Numbered from the stretch's first letter, positions 20,454 through 29,275 are shown. The stretch: DNA of 32,000 nt from Alkanindiges sp. WGS2144 (GCF_043950625.1 NZ_CP171007.1); one strand, 5' to 3'. Numbers and translations are program-made. Notes: generated by a model from the sequence alone, not told the origin.

Positions 20454-21389
20454 ATGAATAAAAAAATCTTTGGTTTTTTGCTGGGTGTTGGGTTGACTGT
20501 GTTTGCACCTGTTACTGCACAGGCTGAGGTGCTGGTCATTTTGCCAGCAAGCGGGCCTATGGCACTGGCAGCCAACAGTGTGCGTGAAGGCATTTATGCT
20601 GCCTATTATGCCGGAAATTATAAGCCGCCGCTGCGTTTTGTCGATAATAGCCAGCGTTCCATTGGCGATATCCTGAAAAAGGAAGTCAAAAAAAGCACGC
20701 AGTTGATTATTGGGCCGCTGGCACGGGAGGAGGTAGAAGCACTGGTGCAGGCAAAGCCAAAAGTAAAAACGCTGGCTCTTAACCAGATTTATAAAAGTGC
20801 GCCAGGTGTATGGCAGTTTGCCTTGTCGCCTGATGAGGATGCACTGGCAATTACCAGGCAAATCCAGGCCGATGGCGTAAAAGAGTTACTGGTATTAACA
20901 CAAGATAGCCGTACCAGCAGTACTGCCCGGTTTAGGGAAGCCATGAACCGGATCTGGGGCGATAAACTCATTGATACCCAGCAACTGCCCCGTCATTTAC
21001 CTGAACAGCAGGGTGCATTGCTGTTGGGTGATTATAACTGGTTAAATGGTTTAAAACGCTTACCCACCGAAAATATCTATACTGTGCCTCTGGTCATTAA
21101 TGAGGATGCCAGTTTGCCCCGTGGTTTGCAGTTTTGTGATATTCCGGCACTATATCAGGCCAACTGGCCAGAGTTGCTCAATAGTTACCAGCAAAAACCG
21201 GTAGCTGTACCTTATCAGCGTCTTCTGGCTTTTGGCGCCGATGCCTGGCAGATTTCCAGTGATCTTTTAAGGTCTGCAAATAACCAGAACTTTGATGGTC
21301 GTACCGGGAAAATTAAAGTGATTGGTAATATCATTGAACGTCAGCCCGCCTGTATGACTGTAGAAGCTGACGGTTTGAAAGTTCATTAA
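20454..21389 (+). CDS. lpoA: LpoA-like penicillin-binding protein activator, C-terminal (periplasmic-binding-protein-like) domain only
   Basis: Signal peptide MNKKIFGFLLGVGLTVFAPVTAQA-EV with no lipobox Cys. LIIGPLAREEVEAL and TLALNQ resemble E. coli LpoA C-domain segments (IVVGPLLKNNVEEL, VLALNQ, from memory). The conserved rsmI / lpoA-yraN arrangement supports the call. It is only ~311 aa, versus my recollection of ~680 aa in E. coli. Confidence 0.65.
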   Translation: MNKKIFGFLLGVGLTVFAPVTAQAEVLVILPASGPMALAANSVREGIYAAYYAGNYKPPLRFVDNSQRSIGDILKKEVKKSTQLIIGPLAREEVEALVQAKPKVKTLALNQIYKSAPGVWQFALSPDEDALAITRQIQADGVKELLVLTQDSRTSSTARFREAMNRIWGDKLIDTQQLPRHLPEQQGALLLGDYNWLNGLKRLPTENIYTVPLVINEDASLPRGLQFCDIPALYQANWPELLNSYQQKPVAVPYQRLLAFGADAWQISSDLLRSANNQNFDGRTGKIKVIGNIIERQPACMTVEADGLKVH

Positions 21390-21390
21390 A

Positions 21391-21777
21391 ATGACAGTTG
21401 GTCGCTCAAGTAGTCCCACTCATCAAACCGGTGCTGCGGCTGAAGAGGTTGCTGCCCGGTTTTTGTGCCAGCAGGGTTTTGAACTCGTGGCACAAAACTT
21501 TAATACACGTCTGGGAGAAATTGATCTCATCGTGAAAAAATCCAATTTACTGATATTTGTTGAGGTACGACAGCGTAGAGCGGGTAGTATGGTGAATGCA
21601 CTGGAAAGTATTACTGTCGGCAAGCAGCGTAAAATCACCCGAAGTGCCATGATTTTTTTGCAGCGTCACAAGCAATATGAAAACTTTGACTGCCGCTTTG
21701 ATGTGGTGGCCTTAACCGCAGAAAAAGCCGGTAATGGTAAACTGGAGTGGATACCGGCAGCTTTTAATGTAGCCTAG
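21391..21777 (+). CDS. yraN: YraN family (UPF0102) endonuclease-like protein
   Basis: 128 aa. GAAAEEVAARFL, GEIDLIV, LIFVEVRQR and CRFDVVAL motifs. The ATG is 1 nt after the lpoA stop. Confidence 0.85.
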   Translation: MTVGRSSSPTHQTGAAAEEVAARFLCQQGFELVAQNFNTRLGEIDLIVKKSNLLIFVEVRQRRAGSMVNALESITVGKQRKITRSAMIFLQRHKQYENFDCRFDVVALTAEKAGNGKLEWIPAAFNVA

Positions 21778-21907
21778 TCGCAAAATTCATATTCTATTCA
21801 CTTAAATTGATAACACTCGAAAAATAGTATGCCAGATCATTTATATCCCTATGAAATATTGGGTAAACTGGCACTTTTTAATATGAAATTGTTGAGGAAA
21901 TGCGGTT

Positions 21908-22654
21908 ATGCAAAAGTCTGGGTACCCGGGTTTAAAAGTGGGTCTGGCAATGATCATGCTGTTTGGTTTGTCAGGCTGTGCGAGCTTTTTGGCACAAAGT
22001 ACGGGACCTGCACCTTTAGGTACCGATAGCGGTGTGAGAACCTTTAGTCAGGTGTTAAATGACAACTCGATTGAGCGTACTGCCAAAATTAATATGTACA
22101 AGCTGGATGAGCGTTTTAAATACTCCCGCATTAATATTGCCAGCTTCCATAGTGCTGTATTGCTAACAGGGCAGGTTAAAGACCAGTATTTAAAGCAACT
22201 GGCGGGTGATAACATTCAGGCTATGACCGACGCCAAAACAGTGCATAACTACATTACCGTTGGTGACAAGATTCCCTACAATACCATTGTGCAGGATACG
22301 ATTGTGACTGCCAATATTCGCCGCATGCTGGTCACCTCACCCAATATCACCGACACCAAAGTCAAGGTACAAACTGAGGATGGCGTAGTATATGTGATGG
22401 GCAAGCTGACACCAGGTGAAAATCAGGCGCTGCTGGATATTTTGCAGCAAACACCAAATATTGTAAAAGTTGTATCGCTGATAGATTTACTCAATGAATC
22501 AGGTGCTGCCACTGCCAGTAATGGTCTATCTCAGGCGGCGAATCTAGCCTCTGCATCTGGCGCAACCACTATGCCGCTTAATGACGAGACACCCGTTGCC
22601 ATTGATCCTGAAGACGCGGCACCCGATCAGGTAGAAGAAACCTCAGCGCCTTAA
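21908..22654 (+). CDS. dolP: BON-domain outer-membrane lipoprotein (DolP/YraP-like)
   Basis: Lipobox GLSGC in MQKSGYPGLKVGLAMIMLFGLSGC-ASF. Two BON-type segments are present (SFHSAVLLTGQV..., TEDGVVYVMGKL...). It lies downstream of yraN as in E. coli, but no diaA lies between them. The C-terminal tail is acidic and Ala-rich. Confidence 0.75.
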   Translation: MQKSGYPGLKVGLAMIMLFGLSGCASFLAQSTGPAPLGTDSGVRTFSQVLNDNSIERTAKINMYKLDERFKYSRINIASFHSAVLLTGQVKDQYLKQLAGDNIQAMTDAKTVHNYITVGDKIPYNTIVQDTIVTANIRRMLVTSPNITDTKVKVQTEDGVVYVMGKLTPGENQALLDILQQTPNIVKVVSLIDLLNESGAATASNGLSQAANLASASGATTMPLNDETPVAIDPEDAAPDQVEETSAP

Positions 22655-22679
22655 CTTGCCAGGGCAGATGGGTCTTTGT

Positions 22680-23660
22680 ATGAAACCCCAGGAACAGCAT
22701 ATGCTAAAAAGGTGGCATACGGTAGTAATGATCGTATTGCTGCTTGGGTGTAGCAGCTGTTCATCCTCGCGCTCGCTATATAACGATCCAGCTGCAAATT
22801 CCTCTAATAATCCAAATACAGCATCTATGTTTTCTTTTAAACGCCTTTTTTCCGGTACTCGTTTGCTTAATGGCATTACATTTAAAAATTTTAATGCCCG
22901 CTATAATATTGCTTATGGACATGAACAGCGGCAAAAGCTGGATGTCTATCAGCCCTTAGAAACAGGCAGCAACACCCAGCCATGGCCAGTGATCCTGTTT
23001 GTGCATGGTGGTTCATGGAAAGCAGGTGATAAGGATGAATACCTGTTTGTGGGTGAGAGTTTCACCCGGGCTGGTTATGTCACCGTAGTAATGAATTATC
23101 GATTAGCGCCTGTGCATCAGTATCCGGATTATATCCGTGATACTGCCCAGGCCATCCAGTGGATTAACCAGCACATTGCCCGGTATGGAGGTAATCCAAA
23201 CCAGATTGTAGTGGTGGGACACTCAGCCGGCGCCTTTAACGTGGTAGAAACGGTAGATAATAAGCGCTGGCTGGCGGAGGTGAATGTACCAGTATCCAGC
23301 ATTAAAGCGGTAGTCGGTATTGCCGGCCCTTATAGCTATGATTTTCGTGGTGGAGATACGCATACCGCTTTTCCTGCCGATGCTGTACCAGATCAGGTTA
23401 TGCCGGATCGTCATGTCAGGGCAGATGCACCGCCACATTTACTACTTATTGGTTCAAAAGATCATTTCGTCAAGGCAAGCAATGCCTATAAAATGCAGGA
23501 AGCCTTACAAAAGCACCAGGTTCCTGTACAAATTGAAGTCATAAAAGGAGCCAACCATATTTCTATAATGGCGGCAGTGGCCTCTCGTCTAGCATGGTAT
23601 AAAAGTACCCGCCAGCAAATTCTGGATTATCTGGATAAAGTTTTAAATCCGGAACCTTAA
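22680..23660 (+). CDS. Alpha/beta-hydrolase (esterase/lipase-type), probable lipoprotein
   Basis: Oxyanion-type motif FVHGGSW, nucleophile elbow GHSAGAF, and a lipobox-like LLLGC-SS near the N-terminus. The start is uncertain: TTG 22656, ATG 22668, 22680 or 22701 are all in frame. Confidence 0.75.
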   Translation: MKPQEQHMLKRWHTVVMIVLLLGCSSCSSSRSLYNDPAANSSNNPNTASMFSFKRLFSGTRLLNGITFKNFNARYNIAYGHEQRQKLDVYQPLETGSNTQPWPVILFVHGGSWKAGDKDEYLFVGESFTRAGYVTVVMNYRLAPVHQYPDYIRDTAQAIQWINQHIARYGGNPNQIVVVGHSAGAFNVVETVDNKRWLAEVNVPVSSIKAVVGIAGPYSYDFRGGDTHTAFPADAVPDQVMPDRHVRADAPPHLLLIGSKDHFVKASNAYKMQEALQKHQVPVQIEVIKGANHISIMAAVASRLAWYKSTRQQILDYLDKVLNPEP

Positions 23661-23854
23661 GTGATGCTTGTTTTACAAACAGCCAAAGCCTTTTGCAAAA
23701 ATTGACCAATTGCTGTTAGAACTGGTCTTTTGCGGTGCCTGATATTTCCTTATAAAAAAAGTGAAGCGTTTAGTTTCCTGTTGCTCAATATTTTTAGGCA
23801 TTGTGTTTAAGCGTCAATAAGGCTTAACAGCAGGAAACGCATAAGCTGGAGGAA

Positions 23855-25198
23855 ATGATGGCAACACTACAGCAGCTAAAGGCAGTGGTACATGGATTTC
23901 GGGCAAGTGCCGCCGATGATGATCAGTTATTTCAGCAAATTGGTGATGCACGCTTTGTATTAATTGGCGAAGCCTCGCATGGTACTCATGAGTTTTATGA
24001 GGAACGCGCCCGGATCACCCAGCGCCTGATCGAAAAGAAAAATTTTAGTGCCGTGGTGGTAGAGGCAGACTGGCCGGATGCGTATCGTATTAATCGCTAT
24101 GTACATGGCCAATCGGATGACGCCAATGCCTACGCAGCATTAAACGACTTTGAACGTTTTCCACGCTGGATGTGGCGCAACGAAGTAATGCTGGATTTTG
24201 TCAACTGGTTACGTCGTTATAATGCACAGGCAGTACAAACCAGCCGGCAGATGACCGGGTTTTATGGTATGGATTTATACAGTCTGCATCGTTCCATGCA
24301 GGCAGTGGTCGCGTATCTGGAACAAAGTGATGCTGATGCGGCCAAACGTGCCAGGATGCGTTATGGCTGTTTTGATCAGTTTGGTAACAACCCGCAGACT
24401 TATGGCATGGCTACCGAATATGGGGTAGCAGAGCCGTGTGAGGATGCAGTAATTGCCCAGCTGATGGAGTTACGCCAACAGGAACTAAAGCAAAAAAACA
24501 GCACACTGGCGCAGGATGAGCATTTTTATGCCGAGCAAAATGCCCGCCTGGCAGTGAATGCAGAGCGCTATTACCGGGCTATGTTTCGCGGACGGGATAA
24601 CTCATGGAATCTGCGCGATACCCATATGGCAGATACCATTGAAGCCCTGGCTGCCCATCAGGTAGCGCAGGGTAAAAGCGCCAAAATTGTAATATGGGCG
24701 CATAACTCGCATCTGGGTGATGCCAGAGCCACTGAAGTGAGTCAGCGTGGTCAGCTCAATGTAGGGCAGCTCATGCGTGAGCGCTATCCTGAGCAGACCT
24801 TTATTATAGGCCTTAGTACCTATCAGGGCACTGTACTGGCTGCTGATGACTGGGATAGCCCTGCCAAACAGAAAAAGGTACGTCCCGGGCTGGCAGAGAG
24901 CCATGAAGCCTGGTTACACGAAACGGCGTACAAGTTAAATCTGGATAAGTTCTGGTTAGACCTGAAACAGGACGCTCCCAGACTGACGGCATTGGCTAAG
25001 GAACGCCTTGAACGCTATATCGGTGTTATTTATGCGCCGCAAACCGAGCGCTGGAGCCATTACTTACACACCCGGCTGGATCAGCAGTATGATGCCCTGA
25101 TTTATTTTGATCAAACCCGGGCACTGTCTGCACTTGACCAGCAAAGTGTACTGGACAGCCAGGAAGACTTGCCGGAAACCTATCCAAGTGGTGAGTAG
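23855..25198 (+). CDS. Erythromycin esterase (Ere) family protein
   Basis: 447 aa. FVLIGEASHGTHEFYEERARITQRLI, VVEADWPDAYRINRYV, FPRWMWRN and IWAHNSHLGD are the family signature as I recall it. GGAGG at 23848-52 fits the second ATG (23858) slightly better than 23855. Confidence 0.8.
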   Translation: MMATLQQLKAVVHGFRASAADDDQLFQQIGDARFVLIGEASHGTHEFYEERARITQRLIEKKNFSAVVVEADWPDAYRINRYVHGQSDDANAYAALNDFERFPRWMWRNEVMLDFVNWLRRYNAQAVQTSRQMTGFYGMDLYSLHRSMQAVVAYLEQSDADAAKRARMRYGCFDQFGNNPQTYGMATEYGVAEPCEDAVIAQLMELRQQELKQKNSTLAQDEHFYAEQNARLAVNAERYYRAMFRGRDNSWNLRDTHMADTIEALAAHQVAQGKSAKIVIWAHNSHLGDARATEVSQRGQLNVGQLMRERYPEQTFIIGLSTYQGTVLAADDWDSPAKQKKVRPGLAESHEAWLHETAYKLNLDKFWLDLKQDAPRLTALAKERLERYIGVIYAPQTERWSHYLHTRLDQQYDALIYFDQTRALSALDQQSVLDSQEDLPETYPSGE

Positions 25199-25217
25199 TG
25201 TCCAAGATCACCAGAGT

Positions 25218-26000
25218 TTAATCAGGTACAGATACTGGGCGCGTGCTGGATTGCTGGATGGTTTGCTCAATCAGCCAGTAGGCAATACTACCGTGTGGTG
25301 GAATGGTAGGTAACTGGTCAAAAGCAAAAAAAGCCGCATCGGCAATTTCTTCACGTTGCAAGCAAAGTTCACCGCCTGCATATTCGGCTTTAAAGCCCAG
25401 CATCAGGTTGCTGGGAAAAGGCCAGGGCTGGCTTGCCAGGTATTCAATATTTTTAAGATGAATGCCTACTTCTTCCAGCGTTTCACGAGCTACGGCCTGT
25501 TCCAGGGTTTCGCCCACTTCAACAAAACCTGCGATCAAACCATACATACTGGTATGGCGGCGGGCAGAACGTGCCAGCAAAATCTGTTCGCCATTGGTAA
25601 TTGCAACAATCACACAGGGTTGAATGCGTGGGTACTGGCTATAATCACATACCGGACATAGCATGGCATGTTCATAAGGATGCGGCTGTGCTTGATGGCC
25701 ACAGCGGCTACAGAATAAATGGTTGCGCTGCCATTCAAGCAGTTGCAGGGCACGGCTGGTTTGCTCAAACTGTTGTACTGTCCAGTGACTGACCAGCTGG
25801 CGTATTGCTACCAGTTGATAGCCCGCAGGAATTTCAAAGTTATCAGCCAAGTGCCGCGCCACAACAAGGGGTTCACCGTGACGGCTAATGGCAATATCGT
25901 CCGCATGCGTTGCCAGATACGGAAGTTCCAGCCGATCATTAACTAGCAGCGCATTGTCCTTAAGCACATAAGTAATAGCATGGGCTGCTGGTTCAGGCAT
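25218..26000 (-). CDS. nudC: NAD(+)/NADH diphosphatase NudC (Nudix hydrolase with zinc ribbon)
   Basis: Zinc ribbon CSRCGHQAQPHPYEHAMLCPVC, followed by the Nudix box GFVEVGETLEQAVARETLEEVG. 260 aa. Confidence 0.88.
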   Translation of the reverse strand: MPEPAAHAITYVLKDNALLVNDRLELPYLATHADDIAISRHGEPLVVARHLADNFEIPAGYQLVAIRQLVSHWTVQQFEQTSRALQLLEWQRNHLFCSRCGHQAQPHPYEHAMLCPVCDYSQYPRIQPCVIVAITNGEQILLARSARRHTSMYGLIAGFVEVGETLEQAVARETLEEVGIHLKNIEYLASQPWPFPSNLMLGFKAEYAGGELCLQREEIADAAFFAFDQLPTIPPHGSIAYWLIEQTIQQSSTRPVSVPD

Positions 26001-26004
26001 GGTT

Positions 26005-27663
26005 TCAGGCAGCCTCTAGCTGCTGGGCGCTTTGCAGACCCACTGTAAACGGATGAACACCCAGGGGCTTTTCCAGTTGCAGACCTTCCAGATAGTGGTC
26101 AACCGTAATCATGACATTGGCAAGCCGATCAATATTCTGCTGGGAGGGGGCAGGTTGATCAGGTGCAAACGCCCGCTCAATAAACTGTGCAGTGGTTTTA
26201 AGCATGTCATGGCCGTTACGGGCATCCAGAAAAATCAGTGCACCAGCAATACAGTTGAACATGGCGGGCACGTTATTCATGTGCAGCAGGTCTTTACTGT
26301 CTATATAGGCAGTCAGGGAGTGCATGCTCATGGTTAAGGTATCACGGGTTTCTTTAACCAGCGTGGCGCGGGCTTCTTCTAACTGGTATAGCGAAATTTG
26401 CAGGTTATAGAAGGGCAGCTTGTTTGCGCCGGCTACATAGGAGCGATCCAGTACTGTCAGTGCATTACCTGCATATAGCAGTGCGTCCATCAGATGATTG
26501 ACTTCATCAATATTGAACAGGTTTTGCCAGCCAGAAACCAGTTGCGCCTGAGTGCCCAGTAATTTGGCTGCCTCTTCCAGGTTTAGCAGGGTTAAGGCAC
26601 TAGAGAGCTCATGTAGCTTGGCTGCTACAGTCTCAAATCCGCCATCAACCTTGTCGCCATGCTGCAAGCTGTCAATCTTGTTTTTGACTTCGGTAATTTC
26701 TTGCTGCATCAGATCAGTGGTGATATGAATGGTTTCGCTATCCGGGCCGAACAGGTAGCGTGCCAGCAAGCTGGATTGGGCATCACTCATGATATATTCA
26801 TTTAAGCCCAGTTGTTGACGTAGCTCATCTGCGGCTTCATGGTCACGACAGGCACTTAAAGTAAGTATGTCGGCCATATCCTCTAAGGATGGGCTAAAGG
26901 CAGCAGGATCATTCAGGAAGTTTTGCAGATTACGTTCTACCTGGATCAAGGTACGTAAGCGGGTATCACTTAAATTACAATATTCCAGCTCAGTCAGGGC
27001 AATGTTTACAGCGTGCCAGTACAGTTCTGAAGAAGAGCTGGCGGCCAGCATGCGGCTAAAGTGACTGACCAGCTTAATGGCTTCAAAGTCCTGTGTATTA
27101 ACCTGTTTTTTGAGAATGTGACTCAGCGCTACTTTGTACAATGTACCCAATTGCCGGATTTGTCCTGTACTGATATCCGGTTTTTGCAGGTTCAGGTTTA
27201 ACTGGGGTAACTGGATAATGCCCAGGTAGGGTTCCAGGAAAAAGCCTTCACGCAGCGTAGGCAAGCCGAGTGAAACCCGAATGCGGTTGATGCTGGGCAG
27301 TAGCAGATGCGGTAACAGGTTTTCACGCAGCACCACAAATTCCAGATAACGTGAAAGCAGCATTAAGCCTTCACTCATGGCAGCCAGTTGCTGGTCAGTT
27401 GTGCTATTGCCCTGTGTCACAATATGATTCATGAGCTGTGCCGCAGCATCAGCCAGTTCAATAGCACCGGTAATGTCCAGTAAGCGTAAAACCCCGTAAA
27501 TCTGCGCCATACTCTCGGCTGCCTCGGTCAGCCCAAAAGTGTTGCTGCTGTCATCAATAAAGGCGCTCAAGGTATTTTGTACTTGTAATAAGGAGGCATC
27601 AATTTCGGGTTTAACAATATGCAGGGCAATGGCATCAAAGTGCTGAGCATGAGCAAGGGACAT
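26005..27663 (-). CDS. FimL-like protein (resembles the ChpA N-terminus, Hpt-like repeats); otherwise hypothetical
   Basis: 552 aa, all-helical by composition. The N-terminal pattern ALHIVKPEIDASLLQVQNTLSAF...QIYGVLRLLDITGAIELADAAAQL and LLLPSINRIRVSLGLPTLREGFF resemble my recollection of P. aeruginosa FimL (558 aa). It sits 4 nt upstream of nudC, and I recall fimL next to nudC in P. aeruginosa. None of this was checked by search. Confidence 0.5.
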   Translation of the reverse strand: MSLAHAQHFDAIALHIVKPEIDASLLQVQNTLSAFIDDSSNTFGLTEAAESMAQIYGVLRLLDITGAIELADAAAQLMNHIVTQGNSTTDQQLAAMSEGLMLLSRYLEFVVLRENLLPHLLLPSINRIRVSLGLPTLREGFFLEPYLGIIQLPQLNLNLQKPDISTGQIRQLGTLYKVALSHILKKQVNTQDFEAIKLVSHFSRMLAASSSSELYWHAVNIALTELEYCNLSDTRLRTLIQVERNLQNFLNDPAAFSPSLEDMADILTLSACRDHEAADELRQQLGLNEYIMSDAQSSLLARYLFGPDSETIHITTDLMQQEITEVKNKIDSLQHGDKVDGGFETVAAKLHELSSALTLLNLEEAAKLLGTQAQLVSGWQNLFNIDEVNHLMDALLYAGNALTVLDRSYVAGANKLPFYNLQISLYQLEEARATLVKETRDTLTMSMHSLTAYIDSKDLLHMNNVPAMFNCIAGALIFLDARNGHDMLKTTAQFIERAFAPDQPAPSQQNIDRLANVMITVDHYLEGLQLEKPLGVHPFTVGLQSAQQLEAA

Positions 27664-27865
27664 AAAATAACATCCTTCCTTAGATCTTATTGAGGTTGAT
27701 ATCTGGCCGTAAAAATAACAGATGCAGGCATAGTCGCACTGATCTATAACATATAATGTTTAATGCAGGACAGCCAGCGAAAAATGCTGTCCCCATCAAG
27801 TTTTTTGAGCTTATGGCTAAACTGCGGTCATTATAGGTCAGGCTTGTCTGTTTAAACATGGATTA

Positions 27866-29275
27866 CTAAGCTAAATCTGATGAGTTAAATATACTGGCCC
27901 ATAATGCAGGCTGGCCGTTTTTGTCAGCAAACTGGCTGAGCCACTGGTCGTGGGCAGCGGCTTCATGTAGCGAGGCGGCAATGACCGGCAGATTAAAGCG
28001 CTGTTCAAACCGTCGGTGCAGGGTAGTGCCATCAGCGTGATCCTGTTCATCACCTATATCCAGTGTCACCTGTCCGCCTGTCATGGCTAAATAAACATCG
28101 GCCAGGATCTCAGCATCCAGCAAGGCACCGTGGAAAGTACGGTCACGCGGAGGGATATCGTAGCGCCTTACCAGCGCATCCAGCGAATTTTTCTGACCGG
28201 GATGTTTACGCTTGGCCAACGCCAGAGTATCCACGACCTCAACCCGCTGTTTGAGAGAAGGCAAGCCTGCTTTTAAAAACTCACCTTCCAGAAAGTTCAT
28301 GTCGAAAGTGGCGTTATGGGCAATAATTTCAGCGCCTTGCAGGTATTCATTCAACTCATGGGCAATCTGGGTAAATAGTAGTTTATCCTGCAAAAATGCG
28401 TCGTTTAAACCATGCACGTTGACTGAGTCACCCACTGGTCGCTGCGGATTAAGATAGACATGAAAGGAGCTGCCGGTGAGTTTGCGGTTGATCATCTCAA
28501 TGGCGCCAATTTCAATAATCCGGTCGCCTTCATTAAAGCTAAAACCTGTGGTTTCGGTATCCAGAATAAGTTGCCGCTTGCCATTTAGCCTGAGTGTGGC
28601 TGGTGTGCGCTTAATGCCATGTTCCGGAGTATCTTGCACCAGTTGCTGTTCTTTTTGCTGTTGCTGCTTATCGCTCTTGGGTGCTATTTCATCTGCCCAT
28701 TCTTCGGGGTTTTCATCCATTGGCATATTGTCTGGGTCATCACTAAAATCCATATCCAGCCCCAAAGGATCATGCTCAAGCCAGTCAGCTTCTGCGGTGA
28801 TATGACCTGTAGTTAAGGTATCAGCGCTATTGCCAAGTGACGAGGCACCGGCTTTAAGCTGATCTGCACCACGGTTGGCCAGCATATCAGCGCGTTCATT
28901 ACCGGCATGGCCAGCGTGGCCTTTAATCCAGTGCCACTCAATCTGCCGCCCCTGGTTAAGCTGATCCAGTTTTTGCCATAAATCCGGATTTTTGACATTA
29001 CGCCAGTTCTTCTTTTTCCAGCCTGTAATCCACTGGGTAATGCCATCCTTGACATATTTGGAATCCGTATAGATAACCAGGGGAAGATGTGGTTCTATGG
29101 ACAAAATGCCTTCAATGGCTGCGGTAAGCTCCATCCGGTTATTGGTTGTCTCTGTTTCACCACCGCATAGCTCACGCTCCTGTCCATCAGGCAACTGGAT
29201 ATAAGCACCCCAGCCACCCAGGCCAGGATTGCCACGACAGGCACCGTCAACATACAGGATTACCGGATTTTTCAT
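27866..29275 (-). CDS. dnaQ: Bifunctional RNase HI / DNA polymerase III epsilon (3'-5' proofreading exonuclease) fusion protein
   Basis: aa 1-140 (about 29275-28856) are RNase HI: YVDGAC, NRMELTA, IYTDS, GHAGNERAD. An acidic ~90-aa linker follows. aa 234-469 (about 28576-27869) are DnaQ: ExoI LDTETTG, ExoII AHNATFDMNFL, ExoIII HGALLDAEILADVY. It is a single uninterrupted ORF. Confidence 0.92.
   Translation of the reverse strand: MKNPVILYVDGACRGNPGLGGWGAYIQLPDGQERELCGGETETTNNRMELTAAIEGILSIEPHLPLVIYTDSKYVKDGITQWITGWKKKNWRNVKNPDLWQKLDQLNQGRQIEWHWIKGHAGHAGNERADMLANRGADQLKAGASSLGNSADTLTTGHITAEADWLEHDPLGLDMDFSDDPDNMPMDENPEEWADEIAPKSDKQQQQKEQQLVQDTPEHGIKRTPATLRLNGKRQLILDTETTGFSFNEGDRIIEIGAIEMINRKLTGSSFHVYLNPQRPVGDSVNVHGLNDAFLQDKLLFTQIAHELNEYLQGAEIIAHNATFDMNFLEGEFLKAGLPSLKQRVEVVDTLALAKRKHPGQKNSLDALVRRYDIPPRDRTFHGALLDAEILADVYLAMTGGQVTLDIGDEQDHADGTTLHRRFEQRFNLPVIAASLHEAAAHDQWLSQFADKNGQPALWASIFNSSDLA

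Noticed and set aside
20438-20593. 52-aa N-terminal extension of RsmI, and the 168-aa ORF at 20355-20861
   Set aside because: The extension overlaps the lpoA signal-peptide region and has no counterpart in RsmI. The conserved N-terminus begins at Met 20437, with an SD upstream.
21829-22029. 66-aa plus-strand ORF overlapping the start of the BON lipoprotein gene
   Set aside because: It is out of frame with, and largely overlapped by, the BON gene, which has an SD and a lipobox. It has no supporting features.
28063-28816. Plus-strand ORFs inside the rnhA-dnaQ fusion (including the 109-aa Ser/Cys-rich ORF at 28476-28805)
   Set aside because: They are antisense to a gene with complete catalytic motif sets, and their composition is low-complexity.
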